A stretch of DNA of 41,775 nucleotides from a virus (IMGVR_UViG_3300044513_002309:1-41775); one strand, 5' to 3'; positions 1 through 9,625 are shown, counted from the stretch's first letter. A program made the numbers and translations. The notes: a model not told the origin generated them from the letters alone.

Positions 1-1836
1 TTGTGTTTTTTGGGTTTTGTTGTGTAGTGTTGTGTAGATGTGTTGGTCGATTGTTTGTGGGTTGATGAGGTTGTGGATTGTTGCTGGGTGGTTTTGGCCG
101 ATTCTGTGGATTCGGGCGCAGGTTTGGTGGTATTTGGCGGGTGTCCATGGTGCTTCGATGAATAGCATGTTGTGTGATGCTGTTAGGGTGTGTCCGTGTG
201 CTGCTGCTTCGATTGAGATGACGATGTTCATGCAGTTTGTGTTATTTTGGAATTCTTGTTTTGCTTTTTCGGTGTCTTTTGGGGGTTGTCCGCCTATGAT
301 CATTGGGGCGTTGAGTTCGTTGGCTAGGGTTTGTACTATGTGGCGGTGGTGGGCGGCGATGACGATTTTTTGTCCTTGGGTGTTTGCGTTTTCGATCCAT
401 TCTAGGGCGTGGGGTATTTTGGATTGGGCGGCGATTTTTCTGAGTTCGGTGAGTTGGATGAGGTTTTCGTAGTTTTGGGTTGCGTAGTGTGCTCGGATTC
501 GTGCTTGTGTGGGGTTGGTGCCTTCGTTGATGGCGATTTGTTCTTGTTGTTGTGTGTACCATTCTTGTAGGTCGTTGAGGGCGTGGTTGTACATGGTGCG
601 GTGTTTTTTGTCCATTGTGGTGTGGATTGTGTTGTATGTGATGGGTGGGAGGTCGGTGAGGACTTGTTCTTTTTCTCTGCGGATGTAGCAGTGGGTTTGT
701 AGTTTGTTGAGTAGTTCTTTGTTGTTGGTTGATCCGTGGATTTGCCAGTGTCCCCAGTTGTCTCGGTAGGCTCCGCAGTAGCGTTTGTAGAAGTTCCAGC
801 GGCCTCCGAAGTTGTCGATTTGGTCTAGGATTTCTAGTTGTGGGGCGTATTCGGCTGGCATGTTTGTGATGGGGGTGCCGGTGAGGAGTAGGATGTTGCC
901 GGTGGTTGGGATGTTTTTGGCTATGTTTTTGGCGGCTTTGGTGCGTTGTGCGTCTGGGTTTTTGCAGTAGTGTGATTCGTCTAGGATGAGGGTTTGGTAT
1001 TTTTGGTTGTTGAGGTGTTGTTTTTGGGCGTGGATGTTTGGGTAGCCGATGATGGTGTAGTCGGTTTCGGTCAGTTCGGGGGTTTTGCGGCCTTCGATGG
1101 TTTGGATGGTGCGGTGGGGTAGTGCTTGTTCGATTTTGGTTTTCCAGTCTTCTGTGAGGCTGGTGGGGCAGATGATGAGGGCGGGGTATTGGTTTGTGTA
1201 TTCTGTGGTGGCGAGGGCTTGGAGGGATTTGCCGAGGCCCATTTCGTCTGCGATGAAGGTGCGTTGTTTTTCGGCGGCGTAGGCTACGCCTGCTTTTTGG
1301 TATGGGTAGAGTTCTAGTTGTAGGTTGGGGATGGTGATGTTGGCGTCGGTGGCTTGTGTGAGGTTTTGTGCGTGTTGTGCTTTTTTGGTTTCGATGTCGG
1401 CTTGTGTGCGGATGTGGTCGGGGGTGGGGTGGTTGTATTTGTCTGCCCATTGGATGAGTTCGTGTACGTTGTTGTATGGTGTTTCCCAGTGGTTTTGGTG
1501 TGGGTTCCATTTGATGCCGGGTATGGCTTTCAGGTCGTGGATTTGTAGTGTGTCGTAGGGTACTGTGATTTTGAGGTTGTCTTTTTCAAGTCTGATGGTG
1601 GTTTCGCCTATTGGGTGGTCGGGTATTTGTAGGCGGATGAGTTCTTCGTCCACGTCGATGTTCCACGAGTTGGCGAAGGATATGGCTCGTTTGCGGGCGG
1701 CGAGGGGTATTGTCCAGTGTTTGTTGAGTTTGTCCCAGCGTGCTTGTGGGAATGATGTTTTTAGGGCTTGGACTTCATCTTTGTTGTATGGGGTTTTTAA
1801 GATAAGGTTTTTGCCTTGTAGGTATAGTCGTTTCAT
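1..1836 (-). CDS. SNF2/SMARCAL1-like (HARP-domain) helicase/annealing ATPase; 3' end truncated by the window edge
   Basis: Absent from the ORF track because it has no stop. Hand translation from ATG 1836: MKRLYLQGKNLILKTPYNKDEVQALKTSFPQARWDKLNKHWTIP (HARP-like), FIADEMGLGKS (motif I, ~1242), ILDESHY (motif II), LLTGTP, QTCARIHRIGQ (motif VI). ATGA overlap with the upstream ORF. Confidence 0.9.
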   Translation of the reverse strand, partial: MKRLYLQGKNLILKTPYNKDEVQALKTSFPQARWDKLNKHWTIPLAARKRAISFANSWNIDVDEELIRLQIPDHPIGETTIRLEKDNLKITVPYDTLQIHDLKAIPGIKWNPHQNHWETPYNNVHELIQWADKYNHPTPDHIRTQADIETKKAQHAQNLTQATDANITIPNLQLELYPYQKAGVAYAAEKQRTFIADEMGLGKSLQALATTEYTNQYPALIICPTSLTEDWKTKIEQALPHRTIQTIEGRKTPELTETDYTIIGYPNIHAQKQHLNNQKYQTLILDESHYCKNPDAQRTKAAKNIAKNIPTTGNILLLTGTPITNMPAEYAPQLEILDQIDNFGGRWNFYKRYCGAYRDNWGHWQIHGSTNNKELLNKLQTHCYIRREKEQVLTDLPPITYNTIHTTMDKKHRTMYNHALNDLQEWYTQQQEQIAINEGTNPTQARIRAHYATQNYENLIQLTELRKIAAQSKIPHALEWIENANTQGQKIVIAAHHRHIVQTLANELNAPMIIGGQPPKDTEKAKQEFQNNTNCMNIVISIEAAAHGHTLTASHNMLFIEAPWTPAKYHQTCARIHRIGQNHPATIHNLINPQTIDQHIYTTLHNKTQKTQ

Positions 1837-2033
1837 CTTACGTTTATCGTTTGGTCTAACCATTCTTGTACTTCGTTGAATCCGCATTCGGTTAGTTGTT
1901 GTTTTGCTTCGGCTCGTTTTTCTGGGCTGTGTTTTATTTTTTCCCAGTTTTCGTCTGAAAGTATTTCTCGCATTTTGCGGATACTTTCGATAGCCGTGTA
2001 GTTTTTGTTTCTACCGAATCTTGGCTTTGTCAC
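1833..2033 (-). CDS. hypothetical protein (66 aa)
   Basis: ORF with 4-nt overlaps with both neighbours. Confidence 0.65.
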   Translation of the reverse strand: MTKPRFGRNKNYTAIESIRKMREILSDENWEKIKHSPEKRAEAKQQLTECGFNEVQEWLDQTINVR

Positions 2034-2389
2034 AGTTCGTACATGTCTTGGGGGAGGACGGGTTGTGTTTCGTAGTGTGTACTTGATGCGAAACCTGCGT
2101 AGGTTTGGTCTACGAATAGGGGCGTGTTGGGTCCCATGTAAGCGCTGTAGATGTTGAAGTCTGCGTATTCTTCTGCTTCTTCGGGTGTCATACCTTGGTC
2201 ATCTACGAGAGTTCGTATAACTTTTTGTTTGCTGTAGACTGCTAGGGTGCGTCGGCTTCCTTCTTCCCAGATTTCGGTGTGGCCGATGCACGCTACTTCT
2301 AACCCGTCTGCGAATAGGGCTTCGGGGTTTGCTTCTTGTAGGTAGTCTAATGTTGCTGCATATGTGGGGATGTATTCATAGGGTTCCAT
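2030..2389 (-). CDS. hypothetical phage protein
   Basis: ORF (ALFADGL...AVYSKQK...EEAEEYADFNIYSAYMGPNTP); start moved to ATG 2389, 7 nt after a -10 box. Confidence 0.75.
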   Translation of the reverse strand: MEPYEYIPTYAATLDYLQEANPEALFADGLEVACIGHTEIWEEGSRRTLAVYSKQKVIRTLVDDQGMTPEEAEEYADFNIYSAYMGPNTPLFVDQTYAGFASSTHYETQPVLPQDMYEL

Positions 2390-2396
2390 ACGCCCT

Positions 2397-2425
2397 ATTT
2401 TACCACAGATTGTGTTTGGAGGCAA
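2397..2425 (-). promoter_or_regulatory. sigma-A-like promoter, leaderless
   Basis: TTGCCT-17nt-TAAAAT-7nt-ATG. Confidence 0.65.
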
Positions 2426-2428
2426 ATC

Positions 2429-3403
2429 TTAGTAGTTGCCGCCGCCGTCTGGGAGCAGTAGGAGTGGGTCTCCGTCGTCATGGCTGATGCCGTATGAGGG
2501 GAGTTCTTCCCATAGTACTTTATCGTAAGGGATTTCTGGGTGGTTTCTGCTGAGCCATGTGCGTGTAATGGTGCAGTTAGGGTAGAAGAATCCGCCGTCG
2601 TCTCCCCAGCGTTGGAAGAAGTGTTCGTTGGAGTTTGATTTGTTGGTGAGGAGGTCGTCTGCCATGATTTCGTATGGGACGTGTCCTCCTGCTTTTTCTA
2701 CTTCTGATTCGGCTACGAGCCGGTTGCACCAGTGTGCTACGACTGCTGGACGTTTTACTCCGTTTTGGGTGGGTTGGGCGGCTCTGTGTACTGACCGTCC
2801 GTGCCATACTTGTAGGTCGCCTCGTCGGGCGTGGAGTTGCACGATTGGGGCGTCGATTTCTTGACGGTGGTCTTCAAATTCTATAGATGTTATGTGCCCT
2901 CCGCCATCTGGGGTTGGCTTTTGTGAAAACCGTTTACGATAGTTTAGGTCCCATTTGTGTGATCCGGGTATTGCTTCGATTGCACCGTTTTCTGCGTTGC
3001 AGTCACCTAATGCTACCATTCCGCCGACGTAGTTTTGTGGTCCTACTTCGTGTGGGTGGTTTGCGTCGATGTGCCAGCCGGTGTGTTGTACTGTCATACG
3101 TGTTTTGGTGACGTGGAGCGCTACGGCAATGTCGATTTCTTTGAAGAAGTCGTTTACGCCTTTGTGGCAGAGCACTTCTTTTAGTTCGGGGACGTGCATG
3201 TATGCTTTGTCGTCTTCCCATCCAGTGAAGTTTGGATTTTCGGGTGTGTCGAATTCGGCGTCCCAACGGTTTCCGTATGAGTCTAGTGACTCTTCGGGAA
3301 CTGCGTTGGGGATGATCGCAAAGCCGTACTTTTCGTAGAATTCGGCTGTATCTGTTCTTTCGCCGTTGTATTCGTAGTTGTCGATAATCGTTATTTCGCT
3401 CAT
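2429..3403 (-). CDS. PhyH-family Fe(II)/2-oxoglutarate dioxygenase
   Basis: FYEKYGFAIIPNAV, WHID (HxD), ENGAIEAIPGSH, GDLQVWHGRSVHR. Confidence 0.85.
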   Translation of the reverse strand: MSEITIIDNYEYNGERTDTAEFYEKYGFAIIPNAVPEESLDSYGNRWDAEFDTPENPNFTGWEDDKAYMHVPELKEVLCHKGVNDFFKEIDIAVALHVTKTRMTVQHTGWHIDANHPHEVGPQNYVGGMVALGDCNAENGAIEAIPGSHKWDLNYRKRFSQKPTPDGGGHITSIEFEDHRQEIDAPIVQLHARRGDLQVWHGRSVHRAAQPTQNGVKRPAVVAHWCNRLVAESEVEKAGGHVPYEIMADDLLTNKSNSNEHFFQRWGDDGGFFYPNCTITRTWLSRNHPEIPYDKVLWEELPSYGISHDDGDPLLLLPDGGGNY

Positions 3404-4314
3404 ACGGTTAGTTTATCACTTTTTTCTTTTTCCCACCATTCAATCTGCTTTTCTGCCTTGTTGATGGTGTTGATGTGTGATTGGACTAGTTCGTCCATTG
3501 TTTGGGCGTGTGTGTATCCGCCTGCGAGCACGTAGGCTACGGGCGTGTCTGCTGAGTATGTTTCGCTGAACACAACTTGGTCTCGGTATGCGAGGTCTGC
3601 GTGCGAAATGCGGGGGTAGGGGTCTGTGCCTGCATTGTACAATACGAGGTCGATCTGATCGTCCCACAATAGGTCAAATGCGGTTTGCATTTGTTCAATG
3701 TATTCGTCGTCGCTGTGTGCGCTGAGAATAAAGTGGGTGTCGTCCTCTACATAGTCGTCAAAGTAGTTCGTAGAGATGTCTACCTGCCGCACTTGCTCGT
3801 CAATGCCGAGATGTCGAAGTGTTCTGACGGTTCCTCCGCCGCAGTGTGCGTCAAAATCTAGGATAAGAATCTTCATTGACGGGTTCATTTCAAGCATGAA
3901 GTTTGCAGCAACAGCGAGGCCGTTGACTGTGCAGAATCCGCCGCCTCTGTTGTGGTCAGCGTGATGCAGACCGGAGGATAGGCTTCCAGCGATAGTCTTG
4001 TTCTTGTAAGCGTGGGATGCGGCGTTAATGACTCCTAGTGTGGAGTTGAGTGCCATTTCCCAGATACCGTAGTCCCATTTAAAACCGTTAGACTCTGCCA
4101 TGTGCCCACCTGTTTGGAGGGCTTCATAGTATTCAGGTGTGATCGCCTTGCGGATTGCTTCGTCTGCGTCTTGCAGGCTGAAGTGTCCGTTCTTGGCGGG
4201 GTCACTGATATGTTCGTGGCCGATAGCGTCTGCAATGTGCTTGCTCTTGCGAGTTGTGTCGAATGCGTGCTTGGCTCCGGTGTATTTTTCGTTCCAGTAA
4301 ATTGTGTGTTGCAT
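3400..4314 (-). CDS. histone deacetylase/AcuC-family Zn-dependent deacetylase
   Basis: GLHHA, GGFCTVN, LDFDAHCGGGT, YNAGTDP, AGGY motifs. Confidence 0.9.
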   Translation of the reverse strand: MQHTIYWNEKYTGAKHAFDTTRKSKHIADAIGHEHISDPAKNGHFSLQDADEAIRKAITPEYYEALQTGGHMAESNGFKWDYGIWEMALNSTLGVINAASHAYKNKTIAGSLSSGLHHADHNRGGGFCTVNGLAVAANFMLEMNPSMKILILDFDAHCGGGTVRTLRHLGIDEQVRQVDISTNYFDDYVEDDTHFILSAHSDDEYIEQMQTAFDLLWDDQIDLVLYNAGTDPYPRISHADLAYRDQVVFSETYSADTPVAYVLAGGYTHAQTMDELVQSHINTINKAEKQIEWWEKEKSDKLTV

Positions 4315-4324
4315 TTCCCTCCTT

Positions 4325-5008
4325 TCAGGGTGCGATTCTGTTATTGGCTACAAAATGTTTGTATGTTACTGGCATGGCTTCTTGAAAGAAGTATTCCAGA
4401 CTGTGAGCGTACTGTCTTATTTCCCACTGAGCAGTTTCGTCGCCTCGTAGATTAATGAAGTTCATTAGTGCTCGGGCGTTTGTTGTTGCGTAAAATTCGC
4501 TGTAGGTACCTACTGGTAGAACTAATCTAGCAATTTCTTTAGCCACGCCTTCTTCTAATAGTTTTTCGTATGCAGTGAAACTGCTATGGTACTGCATTTT
4601 TATACGGTCTTTGGAAAACTGTGGGTTTTCCATGGGTTCAAATGTGTATGCTCCGGGCTTACCTACCTGTGTTCGCATTTGTGCATTATCAGGAATGTAT
4701 GCTTCTGTACTTATTTCTGAGTACCGTCCAGAGTATTCGTTGTAAGACCATCCGATTCGATGACGGAACCATTCTCGTACAACGAAGATAGGTGCTTTGA
4801 TGTGAAATCGAAAAAAGTTGTGTTCAAATGGCGTGCCGTGCTTTTCTCGCATTAGGAAGCCAATTAGCCCTTTGTCTTTTTCGCTTAGTTCTTCACTTTG
4901 GATACCAAAACTTACTCGGGCGGCGTTTACTACGCTAAGGTCGTCAGCAGACACAGCATCTAGACGAATAAAGCCTTTATCTAGTACGTTTAGTTCTTTA
5001 GTTGTCAT
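4325..5008 (-). CDS. thyX: flavin-dependent thymidylate synthase
   Basis: AARVS, HGTPFEH, RHRxxxxxNExSxRY signature, ARLVLP. Confidence 0.95.
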   Translation of the reverse strand: MTTKELNVLDKGFIRLDAVSADDLSVVNAARVSFGIQSEELSEKDKGLIGFLMREKHGTPFEHNFFRFHIKAPIFVVREWFRHRIGWSYNEYSGRYSEISTEAYIPDNAQMRTQVGKPGAYTFEPMENPQFSKDRIKMQYHSSFTAYEKLLEEGVAKEIARLVLPVGTYSEFYATTNARALMNFINLRGDETAQWEIRQYAHSLEYFFQEAMPVTYKHFVANNRIAP

Positions 5009-5595
5009 CAGGCATCTACCCCGGTACCAATGTTGCGCTCAAGAATCACATGGCCGGTCTTTCCGGGGGCGGCAACGTATGTTGGCCCTTCGTACCCGCC
5101 GTGTTCAACGATGTGGTCCAGAAACTTAACAGGTAGGTGCTGAGGAAGGAATACGCCTTCGCCATTAAAGTCGGTGTCAACAAACTTTAACGTTCCGGTT
5201 AGTCGGTTGTCGTATACACGACCGAAGTCTTCAATCCAAAGAATCTCTTGACCGTCGTTCTTCAACTGTTCGGCTAGTGGTCGCACAGTTTCAAACTTCC
5301 AGTGAGGATTGCGGATGTGTGTCCCGTCATCAATCACAGGAGTGTTTCTGGAGATTCCTAGAATGTCTGAAATGTGTTCGTTAGCCTTGTTGCGCCACGT
5401 CGTTAGCCAGTACAAGTCTGCGCTGGATTCGATGGCTTGGATTAACTCTGGCATATAGTCGGGTACCCAAATGGTGTACTGTCCTGCCTGATGCGGGTCT
5501 GTTTGGCGATCAAAAGCCACTGTTCCGCTGGAATAAAGATGTCGCAAACTGTTGATTACGCCATCTACGTCTAAGAATACTGCATAGTTGTTCAT
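5008..5595 (-). CDS. HAD-superfamily protein (Swiss-army-knife RNA-repair type HAD)
   Basis: FLDVDGVIN, WLTTW, WK, LWIED motifs; SD AAAGGAG. Confidence 0.75.
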   Translation of the reverse strand: MNNYAVFLDVDGVINSLRHLYSSGTVAFDRQTDPHQAGQYTIWVPDYMPELIQAIESSADLYWLTTWRNKANEHISDILGISRNTPVIDDGTHIRNPHWKFETVRPLAEQLKNDGQEILWIEDFGRVYDNRLTGTLKFVDTDFNGEGVFLPQHLPVKFLDHIVEHGGYEGPTYVAAPGKTGHVILERNIGTGVDA

Positions 5596-5633
5596 AGTGC
5601 TCCTTTCACTAGCAGTGTTTTAAAATGATTCCC

Positions 5634-5662
5634 ATTTTAGCATAGGAATATTTATTTGTCAA
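5634..5662 (-). promoter_or_regulatory. sigma-A-like promoter for the HAD-thyX-deacetylase operon
   Basis: TTGACA-17nt-TAAAAT. Confidence 0.75.
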
Positions 5663-5667
5663 ATCGG

Positions 5668-6693
5668 TCAGTCGATTAGCCACTCTGGATGGTCTAGTGT
5701 CCATTTGACTGTGCGTTCAAATGACTCTTCTACGCTCATGGGCGGAGTCCATCCGTCGTTCCTTAGTTTATCACCGTTGAGTGAATAACGCAAATCGTGT
5801 CCGGGGCGACTAGAGTGGTAATCAACTAGTTCATAGTTGGGTTCTTTGCCCATAATTTCACTAATCATAGAAACAATTTCTAGATTATCTATTTCTTTTT
5901 CTCCAGAAACGTTATATCGTTGAATATCTGGAGTTGTGTCGCTGTTGTCATAAGGGGTGTGATCAATGTTTTCTAAGATGTGCTGAACGGCATCAGCATG
6001 GTTCCTAGCGTGTAACCATACCCTTGAACCGATAGTCCAGTCGCCTGCGTCATTTGGTTTGCTGTGGATTTCGATTTTATCACCACTCAAAATCTTCTTA
6101 ATTACCATTGGTACATACTTTTCGGGGTGTTGACGTTCACCGAAGTTATTCATGGTGTTTGTAATGTACAAAGGAACGTTGTATGTGCGCCAGTACGAGA
6201 ATGCAATTGCTTCCTGTGCGGATTTTGACGCCGAGTACGGGTTGGAGGGGCGGTGCGGCTCACCTTCTGCATGGTCGTGACCTACCGGTGCGGGACCGTA
6301 CACTTCATCTGTGGACACTTGAATAAACTTTTCTGGTTCGACTTCTCTTGCATACTCTAGCATGTTAAGTGCTAGGCTTACATTATTTTGTACAAAGTCA
6401 ACAGGTTCGGTGATGGAACGATCTACGTGTGAGTCTGAAGCCATGTTAACGATGTAGTCTACTTCACCGATTTGCCGCTTGATTTGATCGTGGAGAGGTG
6501 CCCGAAGGTCATGCCATAGTGGCGTTACTCTCTTAGGGTCGTAGGCGTCGATGTCTAGTATGCGCTCTACTCGGCCTGCAAACCGAAGTGAGTCTAAGAC
6601 AACAATGTCCCAGTCGGTGGTCTTTAACCAATGCTCTACTGTGTGTGAACCGATAAATCCTAGTCCGCCTGTAAGTAGTACCCGTTTGTCCAT
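5668..6693 (-). CDS. rmlB: dTDP-glucose 4,6-dehydratase (RmlB/RfbB-like)
   Basis: TGGLGFIG, SHVDRSI, STDEVYG, YSASK, RPGHDLRY; ATG 6693 with SD AAGGAG. Confidence 0.9.
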   Translation of the reverse strand: MDKRVLLTGGLGFIGSHTVEHWLKTTDWDIVVLDSLRFAGRVERILDIDAYDPKRVTPLWHDLRAPLHDQIKRQIGEVDYIVNMASDSHVDRSITEPVDFVQNNVSLALNMLEYAREVEPEKFIQVSTDEVYGPAPVGHDHAEGEPHRPSNPYSASKSAQEAIAFSYWRTYNVPLYITNTMNNFGERQHPEKYVPMVIKKILSGDKIEIHSKPNDAGDWTIGSRVWLHARNHADAVQHILENIDHTPYDNSDTTPDIQRYNVSGEKEIDNLEIVSMISEIMGKEPNYELVDYHSSRPGHDLRYSLNGDKLRNDGWTPPMSVEESFERTVKWTLDHPEWLID

Positions 6694-6704
6694 GTTTCTC
6701 CTTA

Positions 6705-6788
6705 AATATGAGACTGGCCTCCAGAGCATTTGTCTGAAGGCCAGTCGTCGCTCCTCTTATACCTAGGTGTTAGTGGTAGCGAAGCGAT
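6705..6788 (-). ncRNA. candidate two-hairpin sRNA or structured 5' leader of rmlB
   Basis: Promoter TTGACT(6823)-17-TAGTCT(6795); hairpin 6748-6787 with a large loop; 14-bp hairpin 6712-6746. Confidence 0.5.
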
Positions 6789-6848
6789 ACTTGTAGACTA
6801 TAGGCTTTTAGGCTTTTAGTCAACTGTTATCATTGTAATCGTGTGAGG

Positions 6849-8657
6849 TCACCAAGGTGTTACGTCGTCGTCAAATTCTTCGTTCTGATATGCTTCGTTA
6901 AGTTCTTCATCAGAACGGCCTGAGCCTTGAGGGGACACCGAATTTTCGTACTGTGAGAACTCTACGACTTCAAATGGCCATGTTTCCCCACGCTTGCACA
7001 GTGCAGGCCATTCTCGTGCTTCTCGCTGTCCACGATAGTGCTTAAACTCAATCAATTCAGGGTCAGTAGGGTCTGGTGCTAGTGCTAGACCAAACTCTGA
7101 CCAGCGTGACCATACGGCTGAGCCAAACGGGCGCAGGTCTCGCTGTCCTCCTGAACCTAGCGGAGCATGGTGCTCAATCCAGAGCGCACAATTGTAGGTG
7201 TGTCTGATGTAGTCTAAAAATCTTGCAATTTCGATTGATACAGATTCTGCTGTGCGCCCACCGGGGTCAATGAAAGACTTATATAGTGGGCCGAAGAATA
7301 GAATGTCTGGGCGCACTGTGGCTACATGCTCTTCGATTAGGGCTTTGTCTTTTGATGTGAGCAGGTTTACACCATCCGGCTTCATCAAAAGATGAGCATC
7401 CAAATCCTCATGCTTGTTGAACCACTTGATCTTGTCATAGATGCGTCCAGAGGTTCGCTGAATAATACGCTCAGGGTTCTCCAAGTCGATCATCAACGTT
7501 CTCACTTTAGGCATTGCATCACGACGGAACGGATGGATACCTGCGGCTGACATCAACGCAACCTGTCGTGCTAGTGTAGTTTTACCAGCGCCTTCGGCGG
7601 CAACAACAATAACTCGTTCTTGTCGTTCAAGAACGTTCGGGATAACCCAGTCGTAAGAAAGATCAACGTCACGTTCTAGAAACTCTGACCAGCCAACAAG
7701 GGTGCCAGTGTCTTCATGCTGACGGTCTTTGCTGCTGATAAACATATCAAAACTAGAAGCCACCCGTCCCATCAGAATGCTTTCGCTGATGTCTTGGCCT
7801 TGTAAGTTTGACAGGCTCTCAATCAACTCTTGTAGTGCGCTAGTGTCTGATTCAGTTTCTACTGTTTCGGAAACTGATGCAGTGTCAAACGATATAAGCG
7901 TATCCGCTAACTCTTCACCAGCGTCAATCATATCAGAAACATCGTTGTACTTTCCGGGCTTGAACACCTTCACAGTGCATCCAGCGTCAGTCAGCATCTT
8001 GTTCACTGACCGAGCGTGTAGATATCCTGCTTCGTCGTTGTCGCAGATGATAATAACGTTTGCTCCAGCAAGGGCTTCTGTATGGTGAGGCATCCACTTG
8101 TTTTGACCCTCTGCGCCTGCACCACCGGGGTTAGTTGTTGCAGTCTTACCCAGAGACTCTAGGCTGTGTACGTCCTTCTCGCCTTCTACGACGTAGATCG
8201 GACGGCCTTCTTCCTTGGCGTGGATAACTTGTGGAAGGCGGTACAGCGGCTTCTCAATATCTGAAGTTGACCAGTTCCATCCACCGTTTTCGTCTGGACG
8301 CCGTTGGCGGAAGGTCTTCTTTCCTCGCTCGTCTACAAATCGTAGAACCTCCATTGCAAGAGTGCCGTCCTCGTAGAAATACTTGTATGTATCAACAAGG
8401 TCTAACTTTGACTTTTGGGGCTTAGGGGCGTCCTTGGGAAATAGGTCTCCGACTTCTACGCCAATGGATTCGCAGATTTCTCCGAGTTCACATCCTCCAC
8501 CACGGAGACACTTCATTAAGACTTGGCCTTGCTTTCCAACCGCAACCCTGAGAGAAGGGTTGTCGTCATCGTTTCTGCATGGGCAAGTAGCGTCCCACTG
8601 GTTCTCCCCAGACTGTGTATGGTTAATTCGTGCTAATACGTTATCAATCGGTTGCAT
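6849..8657 (-). CDS. primase-helicase (Zn finger + TOPRIM + RepA/AAA_25 helicase)
   Basis: CPC..DDNPSL, VVEGEKDV, ICDNDEAG, AAEGAGKT Walker A, RPFGS; ATG 8657 with GGAG SD. Confidence 0.9.
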   Translation of the reverse strand: MQPIDNVLARINHTQSGENQWDATCPCRNDDDNPSLRVAVGKQGQVLMKCLRGGGCELGEICESIGVEVGDLFPKDAPKPQKSKLDLVDTYKYFYEDGTLAMEVLRFVDERGKKTFRQRRPDENGGWNWSTSDIEKPLYRLPQVIHAKEEGRPIYVVEGEKDVHSLESLGKTATTNPGGAGAEGQNKWMPHHTEALAGANVIIICDNDEAGYLHARSVNKMLTDAGCTVKVFKPGKYNDVSDMIDAGEELADTLISFDTASVSETVETESDTSALQELIESLSNLQGQDISESILMGRVASSFDMFISSKDRQHEDTGTLVGWSEFLERDVDLSYDWVIPNVLERQERVIVVAAEGAGKTTLARQVALMSAAGIHPFRRDAMPKVRTLMIDLENPERIIQRTSGRIYDKIKWFNKHEDLDAHLLMKPDGVNLLTSKDKALIEEHVATVRPDILFFGPLYKSFIDPGGRTAESVSIEIARFLDYIRHTYNCALWIEHHAPLGSGGQRDLRPFGSAVWSRWSEFGLALAPDPTDPELIEFKHYRGQREAREWPALCKRGETWPFEVVEFSQYENSVSPQGSGRSDEELNEAYQNEEFDDDVTPW

Positions 8658-9105
8658 ATCTCTCCAAAATGTAAGCCTCTCGGGTCTTTTCGTACAAGGA
8701 TGTAAACATAGCACGATCCGAGTTAGTTGTCAAGGCGGTGGCATTGGTACCTAGACGTTTGATGGTTTCTGCCAGCACAGGGTGAGGCTTAATGTAGTCG
8801 TAGGTGCCACTGTAAATCTTTTGTCCAATGGCTTGCAGTACTGTCCACGCTTCTTCTGGTTCGGGTGGTAGTTCTTCGCCTTCAATGCCAGCGAGTGTGG
8901 CGATACGTAGTTCTCCGGGCTTGGGCATCCACTTACGCCCAGCCATGCCCATTCGCTTAACAGTCGCTTTAGTTTCTTCGTAGGGTAGGTCGTGGATGTA
9001 TTCCCAATACCCTTTTGCTCGTACTGTTAGTGATGCGGTATCTAGTGACTTGTCCCAAGTCACGCTTAGCAGTTCTACTACTGCTTTACAATCAGTTTTT
9101 TCCAT
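8644..9105 (-). CDS. G39P-like replicative helicase loader/inhibitor
   Basis: W..IHDLPYE...KWMPKPGELR pattern; adjacent to the primase-helicase. Confidence 0.6.
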   Translation of the reverse strand: MEKTDCKAVVELLSVTWDKSLDTASLTVRAKGYWEYIHDLPYEETKATVKRMGMAGRKWMPKPGELRIATLAGIEGEELPPEPEEAWTVLQAIGQKIYSGTYDYIKPHPVLAETIKRLGTNATALTTNSDRAMFTSLYEKTREAYILERYATD

Positions 9106-9111
9106 GTGTTA

Positions 9112-9140
9112 ATCATAGCCTCCGTTTGTCGATCTGTCAA
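9112..9140 (-). promoter_or_regulatory. sigma-A-like promoter, leaderless
   Basis: TTGACA-17nt-TATGAT-6nt-ATG(9105). Confidence 0.8.
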
Positions 9141-9146
9141 TACTGT

Positions 9147-9174
9147 AAAAGAAGAAGCCCCCCTTTCGGGGGGC
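9147..9174 (-). terminator. intrinsic terminator after ssb
   Basis: GCCCCCC-GAAA-GGGGGGC followed by TTCTTCTTTT on the minus strand. Confidence 0.85.
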
Positions 9175-9190
9175 AGGCTCTCCTTTCGTA

Positions 9191-9625
9191 TCAGAAATCT
9201 TCAAACGGGTCTCTGTCTGGAACCGTGGCCTTCTGTTGTGGGGCTGGTCGGCTTGCGCCGCCACCGCCTCCGCCGCCACGGCGACGTATAAGGCTTTCAA
9301 TTCCAAACGTGTTGACAGCAATAGCGTCTGCAACGATCTCTACCGTTGAGCGCTTTTCGCCCTCGCTGGTTTCCCATGAGCGCTGTTCAAGACGGCCCTT
9401 GATGATGACGGGCATTCCCTTTTCTAGAACTGCCGCTGCCTGTTCTGCGGTTCCCCGCCAAGCAACGACGTTGAAGAAAGAAGTTTCTTCTTGCCATTCG
9501 CCGTTGACTTGGAAGCGCTTGTTCGATGCGACTGAAAACGACAGTCGTGCGTTTCCGTTTGCACCGAACTTGAGTTCTGGGTCAACGGTCAGGTTTCCGC
9601 TTACTGTAATATCTGCATTGCTCAT
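9191..9625 (-). CDS. ssb: single-stranded DNA-binding protein
   Basis: GNLTVDPEL, FFNVVAW, GRLEQRSW, Gly-rich linker, acidic tail DPFEDF. Confidence 0.95.
   Translation of the reverse strand: MSNADITVSGNLTVDPELKFGANGNARLSFSVASNKRFQVNGEWQEETSFFNVVAWRGTAEQAAAVLEKGMPVIIKGRLEQRSWETSEGEKRSTVEIVADAIAVNTFGIESLIRRRGGGGGGGASRPAPQQKATVPDRDPFEDF

Noticed and set aside
242-1510. 422-aa H/P/R/T-rich ORF on the minus strand, and several V/W/C-rich plus-strand ORFs
   Set aside because: Shadow frames of the SNF2 helicase; the extreme compositional skew depletes stop codons.
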